Part shown: in pieces, positions 1-12,708 of the stretch | Layout of the letters: each line of letters starts with the position of its first letter | Numbering within the stretch: the stretch's first letter is position 1 | DNA from: Eledone cirrhosa | Lineage: Eukaryota | Direction: 5' to 3' | Assembly: GCA_964016885.1 (NCBI GenBank) | Contig: OZ024764.1 | Coordinates: 7,440,001-7,504,000, forward strand | DNA length: 64,000 bases | Position numbers and translations under genes: made by a program | Notes under the pieces: generated by a model | The model's database searches: none | The model's input: only the letters and a program-made list of their open reading frames with translations | Told to the model about the DNA's origin: nothing

Positions 1-420
1 TAACCAGAATATAGAAAGGCTACGCAAAAACATTGAGAAATGTTTTAGCGAACTGGGTCTGAAAATAACGAATGAGTACAATCTTATAACCAGAATATAG
101 AAAGGCTACGCAAAAACATTGAGAAATGTTTTAGCGAACTGGGTCTGAAAATAACGAATGAGTACAATCTTATAACCAGAATATAGAAAGGCTACGCAAA
201 AACATTGAGAAATGTTTTAGCGAACTGGGTCTGAAAATAACGTATGAGTACAATCTTAAAGAAGTGAATTTTCTAGACGTAACTCTTAATTTGAAGCCAG
301 GATTGATACGGCCCTTCCACAAGATAAACGAGAACCTTACCTATATTAATTACAACTCAAATCATCCACTTTCCATGATTAAATCGGTTCCTCGTAGTAT
401 TTCTCTCAGAATCTCTCGCC
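1..420 (+). mobile_element. Penelope-like retroelement RT fragment; the first ~258 bp is an 86-bp tandem triplication
   Basis: ORF 264-578 begins NFLDVTLNL..PFHK.NENLTYINYNSNHP..IKSVP.SISLRIS, matching the PLE RT thumb region also seen at 18550-18710. The motif taaccagaat recurs at 1, 87 and 173. Confidence 0.85.
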
Positions 421-515
421 TAGTGTGCTCAATGTTGGTTTCTCGGCTTGAAAGACATCCATTTTTGCATCGACTCATTACGTATGATGAGAAATGGATA
501 CTCTTCGATAACAGC
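420..515 (+). mobile_element. Mariner-type transposase fragment
   Basis: The peptide PFLHRLITYDEKWILFDN resembles the mariner first catalytic-Asp motif (FL.RI.TGDEKW..YDN). Confidence 0.7.
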
Positions 516-558
516 ATGAGCAGGGGGGGGGGGGGGGTAGAGGGTCTAAAACAAAATA

Positions 559-3500
559 CCTCACTACATCTGGCCTGATTGTGGAGCAGACGTGAATAGT
601 AGGGATGTTGAGGGTAACACCTCACTACATCTGTCCTGACTGAGGAGCAGACCTGAATATTGGGGATGTTGAGGGTAACACCTCACTACATCTGTCCTGA
701 CTGAGGAGCAGACCTGAATATTGGGGATTTTGATGGTAACACCTCACTACATCTGACCTGACAGAGGAGCAGACCCGAATATTAGGGATTTTTAGGGTAA
801 GACCTCACTACATCTGTCCTGACTGAGGAGCAGACCTGAATATTGGGGATGTTGAGGGTAACACCTCACTACATGTCCTGACTGAGGAGCAGACCTGAAT
901 ATTGGGGATGTTGAGGGTAACACCTCACTACATCTGGCCTGAGGAGCAGACCTGAATATTGGGGTTTTTGAGGGTAACACCTCACTACATCTGGCCTGAG
1001 GAGCAGACCTGAATATTGGGGATGTTGAGGGTAACACCTCACTACATCTGTCCTGACTGAGGAGCAGACCTGAATATTGGGGATGTTGAGGGTAACACCT
1101 CACTACATCTGTCCTGACTGAGGAGCAGACCTGAATATTGGGGATGTTGAGGGTAACACCTCACTACATCTGTCCTGACTGAGGAGCAGACCTGAATATT
1201 GGGGATGTTGAGGGTAACACCTCACTACATCTGTCCTGACTGAGGAGCAGACCTGAATATTGGGGATGTTGAGGGTAACACCTCACTACATCTGTCCTGA
1301 CTGAGGAGCAGACCTGAATATTGGGGATGTTGAGGGTAACACCTCACTACATCTGGCCTGACTGTGGAGCAGACCTGAATATTGGGGATTTTGAGGGTAA
1401 CACCTCACTACATCTGACCTGACAGAGGAGCAGACCCGAATGTTAGGGATTTTGAGAGTAAGACCTCACTACATCTGTCCTGACTGAGGAGCAGACCTGA
1501 ATATTGGGGATGTTGAGGGTAACACCTCACTACATCTGGCCTGAGGAGCAGACCTGAATATTGGGGATGTTGAGGGTAACACCTCACTACATCTGTCCTG
1601 ACTGAGGAGCAGACCTGAATATTAGGGATGTTGAGGGTAACACCTTACTACATCTGTCCTGACTGAGGAGCAGACCTGAATATTGGGGATGTTGAGGGTA
1701 ACACCTCACTACATCTGGCCTGACTGAGGAGCAGACCTGAATATTGGGGATTTTGAGGGTAACACCTCACTACATCTGTCCTGACTGAGGAGCAGACCCG
1801 AATATTGGGGATGTTGAGGGGTAACACCTCACTACATCTGGCCTGACTGTGGAGCAGACCTGAATATTGGGGATTTTGAGGGTAACACCTCACTACATCT
1901 GACCTGACAGAGGAGCAGACCCGAATGTTAGGGATTTTGAGGGTAAGACCTCACTACATCTGTCCTGACTGAGGAGCAGACCTGAATATTAGGAATTTTG
2001 AGGGTAAGACCTCACTACATCTGTCCTGACTGAGGAGCAGACCTGAATATTGGGGTTTTGAGGGTAAGACCTCACTACATCTGTCCTGACTGAGGAGCAG
2101 ACCTGAATATTGGGGATGTTGAGGGTAACACCTCACTACATTTGGCCTGAGGAGCAGACCTGAATATTGGGGATGTTGAGGGTAACACCTCACTACATCT
2201 GTCCTGACTGAGGAGCAGACCTGAATATTGGGGATGTTGAGGGTAACACCTCACTACATCTGACCTGACAGAGGAGCAGACCCGAATGTTAGGGATTTTG
2301 AGGGTAAGACCTCACTACATCTGTCCTGACTGAGGAGCAGACCCGAATATTGGGGATTTTGAGGGTAACACCTCACTACATCTGTCCTGACTGAGGAGCA
2401 GACCTGAATATTGGGGATTTTGAGGGTAACACCTCACTACATCTGACCTGACAGAGGAGCAGACCCGAATGTGAGGGATTTTGAGGGTAACACCTCACTA
2501 CATCTGTCCTGACTGAGGAGCAGACCTGAATATTGGGGATTTTGAGGGTAACACCTCACTACATCTGTCCTGACTGAGGAGCAGACCTGAATATTGGGGT
2601 TTTGAGGGTAAGACCTCACTACATCTGTCCTGACTGAGGAGCAGACCTGAATATTGGGGATGTTGAGGGTAACACCTCACTACATTTGGCCTGAGGAGCA
2701 GACCTGAATATTGGGGATGTTGAGGGTAACACCTCACTACATCTGTCCTGACTGAGGAGCAGACCTGAATATTGGGGATGTTGAGGGTAACACCTCACTA
2801 CATCTGACCTGACAGAGGAGCAGACCCGAATGTGAGGGATTTTGAGGGTAAGACCTCACTACATCTGTCCTGACTGAGGAGCAGACCTGAATATTGGGGA
2901 TGTTGAGGGTAACACCTCACTACATCTGGCCTGAGGAGCAGACCTGAATATTGGGGATGTTGAGGGTAACACCTCACTACATCTGGCCTGACTGAGGAGC
3001 AGACCTGAATATTGGGGATGTTGAGGGTAACACCTCACTACATCTGTCCTGACTGAGGAGCAGACCTGAATATTAGGGATTTTGAGGGTAAGACCTCACT
3101 ACATCTGTCCTGACTGAGGAGCAGACCTGAATATTGGGGTTTTGAGGGTAACACCTCACTACATCTGGCCTGAGGAGCAGACCTGAATATTGGGGTTTTG
3201 AGGGTAACACCTCACTACATCTGTCCTGACTGAGGAGCAGACCCGAATATTGGGGATTTTGAGGGTAACACCTCACTACATCTGTCCTGACTGAGGAGCA
3301 GACCTGAATATTGGGGATTTTGAGGGTAACACCTCACTACATCTGTCCTGACTGAGGAGCAGACCTGAATATTGGGGTTTTGAGGGTAAGACCTCACTAC
3401 ATCTGTCCTGACTGAGGAGCAGACCTGAATATTGGGGATGTTGAGGGTAACACCTCACTACATTTGGCCTGAGGAGCAGACCTGAATATTGGGGATGTTG

Positions 3501-6500
3501 AGGGTAACACCTCACTACATCTGTCCTGACTGAGGAGCAGACCTGAATATTGGGGATGTTGAGGGTAACACCTCACTACATCTGACCTGACAGAGGAGCA
3601 GACCCGAATGTGAGGGATTTTGAGGGTAAGACCTCACTACATCTGTCCTGACTGAGGAGCAGACCTGAATATTGGGGATGTTGAGGGTAACACCTCACTA
3701 CATCTGGCCTGAGGAGCAGACCTGAATATTGGGGATGTTGAGGGTAACACCTCACTACATCTGGCCTGACTGAGGAGCAGACCTGAATATTGGGGATGTT
3801 GAGGGTAACACCTCACTACATCTGTCCTGACTGAGGAGCAGACCTGAATATTAGGGATTTTGAGGGTAAGACCTCACTACATCTGTCCTGACTGAGGAGC
3901 AGACCTGAATATTGGGGTTTTGAGGGTAACACCTCACTACATCTGGCCTGAGGAGCAGACCTGAATATTGGGGTTTTGAGGGTAACACCTCACTACATCT
4001 GTCCTGACTGAGGAGCAGACCCGAATATTGGGGATTTTGAGGGTAACACCTCACTACATCTGTCCTGACTGAGGAGCAGACCTGAATATTGGGGATTTTG
4101 AGGGTAACACCTCACTACATCTGACCTGACAGAGGAGCAGACCCGAATGTGAGGGATTTTGAGGGTAACACCTCACTACATCTGTCCTGACTGAGGAGCA
4201 GACCTGAATATTGGGGATTTTGAGGGTAACACCTCACTACATCTGTCCTGACTGAGGAGCAGACCTGAATATTGGGGTTTTGAGGGTAAGACCTCACTAC
4301 ATCTGTCCTGACTGAGGAGCAGACCTGAATATTGGGGATGTTGAGGGTAACACCTCACTACATTTGGCCTGAGGAGCAGACCTGAATATTGGGGATGTTG
4401 AGGGTAACACCTCACTACATCTGTCCTGACTGAGGAGCAGACCTGAATATTGGGGATGTTGAGGGTAACACCTCACTACATCTGACCTGACAGAGGAGCA
4501 GACCCGAATGTTAGGGATTTTGAGGGTAAGACCTCACTACATCTGTCCTGACTGAGGAGCAGACCCGAATATTGGGGATTTTGAGGGTAACACCTCACTA
4601 CATCTGTCCTGACTGAGGAGCAGACCTGAATATTGGGGATTTTGAGGGTAACACCTCACTACATCTGACCTGACAGAGGAGCAGACCCGAATGTGAGGGA
4701 TTTTGAGGGTAAGACCTCACTACATCTGTCCTGACTGAGGAGCAGACCTGAATATTGGGGATGTTGAGGGTAACACCTCACTACATCTGGCCTGAGGAGC
4801 AGACCTGAATATTGGGGATGTTGAGGGTAACACCTCACTACATCTGGCCTGACTGAGGAGCAGACCTGAATATTGGGGATGTTGAGGGTAACACCTCACT
4901 ACATCTGGCCTGAGGAGCAGACCTGAATATTGGGGATGTTGAGGGTAACACCTCACTACATCTGGCCTGACTGAGGAGCAGACCTGAATATTGGGGATGT
5001 TGAGGGTAACACCTCACTACATCTGTCCTGACTGAGGAGCAGACCTGAATATTAGGGATTTTGAGGGTAAGACCTCACTACATCTGTCCTGACTGAGGAG
5101 CAGACCTGAATATTGGGGTTTTGAGGGTAACACCTCACTACATCTGGCCTGAGGAGCAGACCTGAATATTGGGGTTTTGAGGGTAACACCTCACTACATC
5201 TGTCCTGACTGAGGAGCAGACCCGAATATTGGGGATTTTGAGGGTAACACCTCACTACATCTGTCCTGACTGAGGAGCAGACCTGAATATTGGGGATTTT
5301 GAGGGTAACACCTCACTACATCTGTCCTGACTGAGGAGCAGACCTGAATATTGGGGTTTTGAGGGTAAGACCTCACTACATCTGTCCTGACTGAGGAGCA
5401 GACCTGAATATTGGGGATGTTGAGGGTAACACCTCACTACATTTGGCCTGAGGAGCAGACCTGAATATTGGGGATGTTGAGGGTAACACCTCACTACATC
5501 TGTCCTGACTGAGGAGCAGACCTGAATATTGGGGATGTTGAGGGTAACACCTCACTACATCTGACCTGACAGAGGAGCAGACCCGAATGTGAGGGATTTT
5601 GAGGGTAAGACCTCACTACATCTGTCCTGACTGAGGAGCAGACCTGAATATTGGGGATGTTGAGGGTAACACCTCACTACATCTGGCCTGAGGAGCAGAC
5701 CTGAATATTGGGGATGTTGAGGGTAACACCTCACTACATCTGGCCTGACTGAGGAGCAGACCTGAATATTGGGGATGTTGAGGGTAACACCTCACTACAT
5801 CTGTCCTGACTGAGGAGCAGACCTGAATATTAGGGATTTTGAGGGTAAGACCTCACTACATCTGTCCTGACTGAGGAGCAGACCTGAATATTGGGGTTTT
5901 GGGGGTAACACCTCACTACATCTGGCCTGAGGAGCAGACCTGAATATTGGGGTTTTGAGGGTAACACCTCACTACATCTGTCCTGACTGAGGAGCAGACC
6001 CGAATATTGGGGATTTTGAGGGTAACACCTCACTACATCTGTCCTGACTGAGGAGCAGACCTGAATATTGGGGATTTTGAGGGTAACACCTCACTACATC
6101 TGACCTGACAGAGGAGCAGACCCGAATGTGAGGGATTTTGAGGGTAACACCTCACTACATCTGTCCTGACTGAGGAGCAGACCTGAATATTGGGGATTTT
6201 GAGGGTAACACCTCACTACATCTGTCCTGACTGAGGAGCAGACCTGAATATTGGGGTTTTGAGGGTAAGACCTCACTACATCTGTCCTGACTGAGGAGCA
6301 GACCTGAATATTGGGGATGTTGAGGGTAACACCTCACTACATTTGGCCTGAGGAGCAGACCTGAATATTGGGGATGTTGAGGGTAACACCTCACTACATC
6401 TGTCCTGACTGAGGAGCAGACCTGAATATTGGGGATGTTGAGGGTAACACCTCACTACATCTGACCTGACAGAGGAGCAGACCCGAATGTTAGGGATTTT

Positions 6501-9300
6501 GAGGGTAAGACCTCACTACATCTGTCCTGACTGAGGAGCAGACCCGAATATTGGGGATTTTGAGGGTAACACCTCACTACATCTGTCCTGACTGAGGAGC
6601 AGACCTGAATATTGGGGATTTTGAGGGTAACACCTCACTACATCTGACCTGACAGAGGAGCAGACCCGAATGTGAGGGATTTTGAGGGTAAGACCTCACT
6701 ACATCTGTCCTGACTGAGGAGCAGACCTGAATATTGGGGATGTTGAGGGTAACACCTCACTACATCTGGCCTGAGGAGCAGACCTGAATATTGGGGATGT
6801 TGAGGGTAACACCTCACTACATCTGGCCTGACTGAGGAGCAGACCTGAATATTGGGGATGTTGAGGGTAACACCTCACTACATCTGTCCTGACTGAGGAG
6901 CAGACCTGAATATTGGGGATGTTGAGGGTAACACCTCACTACATCTGGCCTGACTGAGGAGCAGACCTGAATATTGGGGATTTTGAGGGTAACACCTCAC
7001 TACATCTGTCCTGACTGAGGAGCAGACCCGAATATTGGGCATGTTGAGGGGTAACACCTCACTACATCTGGCCTGACTGTGGAGCAGACCTGAATATTGG
7101 GGATTTTGAGGGTAACACCTCACTACATCTGACCTGACAGAGGAGCAGACCCGAATGTTAGGGATTTTGAGGGTAAGACCTCACTACATCTGTCCTGACT
7201 GAGGAGCAGACCTGAATATTGGGGATGTTGAGGGTAACACCTCACTACATCTGGCCTGAGGAGCAGACCTGAATATTGGGGATTTTGAGGGTAACACCTC
7301 ACTACATCTGACCTGACAGAGGAGCAGACCTGAATATTAGGGATTTTGAGGGTAAGACCTCACTACATCTGTCCTGACTGAGGAGCAGACCTGAATATTA
7401 GGGATTTTGAGGGTAAGACCTCACTACATCTGTCCTGACTGAGGAGCAGACCTGAATATTGGGGTTTTGAGGGTAACACCTCACTACATCTGTCCTGACT
7501 GAGGAGCAGACCCGAATATTGGGGATTTTGAGGGTAACACCTCACTACATCTGTCCTGACTGAGGAGCAGACCTGAATATTGGGGATTTTGAAGGTAACA
7601 CCTCACTACATCTGACCTGACTGAGGAGCAGACCCGAATATTGGGGATTTTGAGGGTAACACCTCACTACATCTGTCCTGACTGAGGAGCAGACCTGAAT
7701 ATTGGGGTTTTGAGGGTAACACCTCATTACATCTGTCCTGACTGAGGAGCAGACCTGAATATTGGGGATTTTGAGGGTAACACCTCACTACATCTGTCCT
7801 GACTGAGGAGCAGACCCGAATATTGGGGATTTTGAGGGTAACACCTCACTACATCTGTCCTGACTGAGGAGCAGACCTGAATATTGGGGATTTTGAGGGT
7901 AACACCTCACTACATCTGACCTGACTGAGGAGCAGACCCGAATATTGGGGATTTTGAGGGTAACACCTCACTACATCTGTCCTGACTGAGGAGCAGACCT
8001 GAATATTGGGGTTTTGAGGGTAACACCTCACTACATCTGTCCTGACTGAGGAGCAGACCTGAATATTGGGGATTTTGAGGGTAACACCTCACTACATCTG
8101 ACCTGACTGAGGAGCAGACCCGAATATTGGGGATTTTGAGGGTAACACCTCACTACATCTGTCCTGACTGAGGAGCAGACCCGAATATTGGGGATGTTGA
8201 GGGGTAACACCTCACTACATCTGGCCTGACTGAGGAGCAGACCTGAATATTGGGGATTTTGAGGGTAACACCTCACTACATCTGGCCTGAGGAGCAGACC
8301 TGAATATTGGGGTTTGGAGGGTAACACCTCACTACATCAGTCCTGACTGAGGAGCAGACCTGAATATTGGGGATGTTGAGGGTAACACCTCACTACATCT
8401 GTCCTGACTGAGGAGCAGACCTGAATATTGGGGATGTTGAGGGTAACACCTCACTACATCTGGCCTGAGGAGCAGACCTGAATATTGGGGATGTTGAGGG
8501 TAACACCTCACTACATCTGTCCTGACTGAGGAGCAGACCTGAATATTGGGGATGTTGAGGGTAACACCTCACTACATCTGTCCTGACTGAGGAGCAGACC
8601 TGAATATTGGGGATGTTGAGGGTAACACCTCACTACATCTGTCCTGACTGAGGAGCAGACCTGAATATTGGGGATGTTGAGGGTAACACCTCACTACATG
8701 TCCTGACTGAGGAGCAGACCTGAATATTGGGGATGTTGAGGGTAACACCTCACTACATCTGGCCTGAGGAGCAGACCTGAATATTGGGGTTTTTGAGGGT
8801 AACACCTCACTACATCTGGCCTGAGGAGCAGACCTGAATATTGGGGATGTTGAGGGTAACACCTCACTACATCTGTCCTGACTGAGGAGCAGACCTGAAT
8901 ATTGGGGATGTTGAGGGTAACACCTCACTACATCTGTCCTGACTGAGGAGCAGACCTGAATATTGGGGATGTTGAGGGTAACACCTCACTACATCTGTCC
9001 TGACTGAGGAGCAGACCCGAATATTAGGGATTTTGAGGGTAACACCTCACTACATCTGTCCTGACTGAGGAGCAGACCTGAATATTGGGGATTTTGAGGG
9101 TAACACCTCACTACATCTGACCTGACAGAGGAGCAGACCCGAATATTAGGGATTTTGAGGGTAACACCTCACTACATCTGTCCTGACTGAGGAGCAGACC
9201 TGAATATTGGGGTTTTGAGGGTAACACCTCACTACATCTGGCCTGAGGAGCAGACCTGTATATTGGGGTTTTGAGGGTAACACCTCACTACATCTGGCCT
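559..9300. repeat. ~8.7-kb tandem satellite with ~61-bp monomer (57-62 bp variants) and higher-order structure
   Basis: Monomer cctcactacatctgtcctgactgaggagcagacctgaatattggggatgttgagggtaaca, about 140-145 copies. Identical ORF-track blocks recur at 778-bp and 1979-bp spacing. Confidence 0.98.
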
Positions 9301-9496
9301 GTGGTAGAGTAGAACAGACACCAGTGGTTCTCCCAACCATCTCCATATCTTGTATTATAAAATGTAATACGAAACGATAATACGATTAATGTGGGAACCA
9401 CCGGTGACCATTGATATCGCTTTCATAAGAGGTGCCCTGTCTAGTAATTTAGACCGATGCCAGCGATGTAGTTCAATAGTTTTCATTTCTACTCAA

Positions 9497-9506
9497 TATA
9501 TAAAAG
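9497..9506 (+). promoter_or_regulatory. Putative TATA box of the EVE1 capsid unit
   Basis: tatataaaag lies ~30 bp upstream of the ATG at 9530. Confidence 0.5.
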
Positions 9507-9529
9507 CTAGACCTATACGACTTATCATT

Positions 9530-10420
9530 ATGCCCCCTGCTCGCAAGAGAAAGAAGTCAGAAGAAGACCAGCAGCCTAGTACATTAAAAAAAACAAAAAA
9601 AAAACAACAAACACTTCCAAAGAAATATACTGTACCAGGGTACAACTTTCTAGGCCCCGGAACGAACATAAAAAAAAAAAGAAGTAATGGGTAGCGCGAA
9701 ACCGTCTTGACCAAGCTGCTAAAGAACACGATATAGCCTACGGGAATCCTGACATACGAACCTGGTACGCTGACAAGAAATTCATCGGAGAGGTTGTTAA
9801 AAACAGGACCCACTGGAATATTGGCTGCAGCAGCAATCGCAGCAAAGCGTTACACAGGGCTTGATTCATACTTTAGAGGTAGCAACACCGACACTGTTGA
9901 TTCTGGGGTCCCTGCTAATATGGCTAGCATGGAAACGGATGAAGAGTCTCAGAGAGTGGATGGTGGAGGAGGATGGCAAGGTAGACAAATGGGATCTCAA
10001 AAAGAAATACCGACACCCAGTGGTCCACATCGAAGAGAGGTCACATTCGCTAGGAAGTTCCACAACTGTGTAAAAAGTACAGACATGAACTCATCAACAG
10101 GAAATTTTATTACATTGAAAATGGAAGGCGATAATCAGCCACCTAGCTTGAAAGACTCAATGACCAGAGGTAATTGCAGATCTGAAGACTACATAGTACC
10201 ATATTGGTTAACGTCATGGGTAAAACCAATTGAATGGAAGGCACAGGTTAAAATGGCAACATCCTAGAGAATAAAAGAGTCGGGTTTCAAGATATCTAAT
10301 ATTATATGCTCGGAATGGATAGTTTCGAGAGGAGAAGATCAATTCATAAATAATCCACTACCCTATTTTCAGATATATGTTAATAGAGGTCGATACATCG
10401 GATACAACAACCTTAGGGGC
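9530..10420 (+). pseudogene. Endogenous parvovirus/densovirus-like VP1 capsid gene with PLA2 domain; frameshifted and 3'-truncated
   Basis: Basic N-terminus (MPPARKRKK), Ca-binding loop YTVPGYNFLGPGT, then after a frameshift NRLDQAAKEHDIAY...ADKKF (HDxxY at 9727-9741). It continues through a Gly-rich stretch (GGGG), EVTFARKFH and WLTSWVKPIEW, and past a TAG into GFKISNI..NNPLPYFQIY. Confidence 0.9.
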
Positions 10421-10490
10421 ATAACACGGTCACCCTGTCAAAAACGTGCAACATGGCAGAACATTAGATGTAAAAGATAGGGAGGGCCCA

Positions 10491-10498
10491 TATAAATA
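10491..10498 (+). promoter_or_regulatory. Putative TATA box of the EVE1 NS unit
   Basis: gggccca-TATAAATA lies ~50 bp upstream of the ATG at 10544. Confidence 0.5.
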
Positions 10499-11103
10499 CG
10501 CGAGTGGACACTTCGTCAACAAGTAGCCTCTGAACTACCAAACATGATGATACAAGTAAACGGACAACCAAACATGATGGACCAAGAAACAAAGAAACGC
10601 TTCAACGATCCCACCAACACAACCAACCTTACAACATATACTTGGGTATACCGATGGAAGGAGGAGAAAGAATTTACGTGGAGAGAACCAAACTTGTACA
10701 AACACCCCAACCAAGTGATAAAGTACAAGTCATTCAAAGATGAACACGCATTATTATTCCGCCTGCTCCGTATATTTACCTCGATCATAATATACCACCC
10801 TAAAGGACCATCCAGAATTAAGCATTGTGACGACATAGACCATTTCCATATTATTACTTGGCACTCGACTCATCCCTCGAAACAGCACACATTTCAAAAA
10901 CTGAAGAAAACTATTCTGAAAGATGACCCTATAAATGGATATGAGATGGAGGCAGTTAAGATCCAATCACCGGCTGGCTTTAGCGAATATCTACAGAGAT
11001 ATCAACTTATAGCATGCAACAACATAACAAGAACCTCACAACGAAGAATGCTGTCAACAGTAGCAAAAGAAGATTTAACACCAGCTCACACTGAAGAAAT
11101 AAC

Positions 11104-11286
11104 TGTTTCTACTTTAGGCACAAGGGGCCAGCAAATTACCCAGTGCATTACTGGTACTTTATTTTATCGACCCCCGTAAGGATGAAAGGCAAAGTCAACC
11201 TCGGCGGGATTTGAACTCAGATCGTAAAGGGACGTAACTATGCTGCAAAGCATGGCGTCCGACACTCTACCGATACTGCCAATCCA
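11104..11286 (-). mobile_element. tRNA-derived SINE (family A, Meta-domain-like core) inserted in NS1
   Basis: A box tggcagtatcgg, B box gttcaaatcc and core gcctttcatccttacggggtcgataaaat. An 18-bp TSD tcacactgaagaaataac lies at 11086-11103 and 11287-11304. Confidence 0.92.
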
Positions 11287-11415
11287 TCACACTGAAGAAA
11301 TAACGATGAAAATAAAGACAAATGACACGGTCAGAGGAAATAAGTTCAATTTTGTCAAAGACCTTATAAAGAAATGCAATTCGACAGATCTTGGAGACAT
11401 TATTAATTTTGTATG

Positions 11416-11601
11416 AGGGCGATGGATTGGCAGTATCGGTAGAGGGTCGGATGCCATGCTTTCCAGCATAGTTACGTCCCTTTACGATCCGAGTTCAAAT
11501 CCCGCCGAGGTTAACTTTGCCTTTCATCCTTACGGGGTCAATAAAATAAAGTACCAGTAATGCACTGGGTGATTGCTGGCCTTGTGCCTAAAGTAGAAAC
11601 A
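11416..11601 (+). mobile_element. tRNA-derived SINE (family A) inserted in NS1
   Basis: Same family as 11104-11286. TSD attattaattttgtatg / attattcattttgtatg at 11399-11415 and 11602-11618. Confidence 0.92.
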
Positions 11602-11742
11602 ATTATTCATTTTGTATGTACCGCTGGTAAAGAGAACAATGGTGCCACCTAGGATGCCGTGTACCGAAATACTCCGAATCTTTCTTCTTTGTTACAACCC
11701 GCTGCAACACAGCTACAAATAGAGAATCGTATAACTCCGACT

Positions 11743-12708
11743 TGGGAGCAAGTACAAGAGAAACGACTCATGCTCGGTAGCAAGTACAAGAGAAACGACT
11801 CATGCTCGGGAGCAAGTACAAGAGAAACGACTCATGCTCGGGAGCAAGTACAAGAGAAACGACTCATGCTCGGGAGCAAGTACAAGAGAAACGACTCATG
11901 CTCGGGAGCAAGTACAAGAGAAACGACTCATGCTCGGGAGCAAGTACAAGAGAAACGACTCATGCTCGGGAGCAAGTACAAGAGAAACGACTCATGCTCG
12001 GGAGCAAGTACAAGAGAAACGACTCATGCTCGGGAGCAAGTACAAGAGAAACGACTCATGCTCGGGAGCAAGTACAAGAGAAACGACTCATGCTCGGGAG
12101 CAAGTACAAGAGAAACGACTCATGCTCGGGAGCAAGTACAAGAGAAACGACTCATGCTCGGGAGCAAGTACAAGAGAAACGACTCATGCTCGGGAGCAAG
12201 TACAAGAGAAACGACTCATGCTCGGGAGCAAGTACAAGAGAAACGACTCATGCTCGGGAGCAAGTACAAGAGAAACGACTCATGCTCGGGAGCAAGTACA
12301 AGAGAAACGACTCATGCTCGGGAGCAAGTACAAGAGAAACGACTCATGCTCGGGAGCAAGTACAAGAGAAACGACTCATGCTCGGGAGCAAGTACAAGAG
12401 AAACGACTCATGCTCGGGAGCAAGTACAAGAGAAACGACTCATGCTCGGGAGCAAGTACAAGAGAAACGACTCATGCTCGGGAGCAAGTACAAGAGAAAC
12501 GACTCATGCTCGGGAGCAAGTACAAGAGAAACGACTCATGCTCGGGAGCAAGTACAAGAGAAACGACTCATGCTCGGGAGCAAGTACAAGAGAAACGACT
12601 CATGCTCGGTAGCAAGTACAAGAGAAACGACTCATGCTCGGTAGCAAGTACAAGAGAAACGACTCATGCTCGGTAGCAAGTACAAGAGGAACGACTCATG
12701 CTCGGTAG
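11743..12708 (+). repeat. 32-bp minisatellite (~30 copies) amplified from NS1 coding sequence
   Basis: The unit gggagcaagtacaagagaaacgactcatgctc is nearly invariant. Collapsing it to one copy restores WEQVQEKRLMLGSDCN. Confidence 0.97.

Noticed and set aside
559-9300. CRISPR array, coding repeats or a hammerhead satellite
   Set aside because: There are no unique spacers or cas genes, and the ORFs are frame-shifting artefacts of the repeat. ctgactga/gaat does not match the CUGANGA/GAAA core.
11416-11520. tRNA genes at SINE heads
   Set aside because: A and B boxes are present, but there is no intact cloverleaf, and each continues into a SINE core and tail.
11659-12676. Three long repetitive ORFs
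   Set aside because: They are products of a stop-free 32-bp unit read in all three frames.
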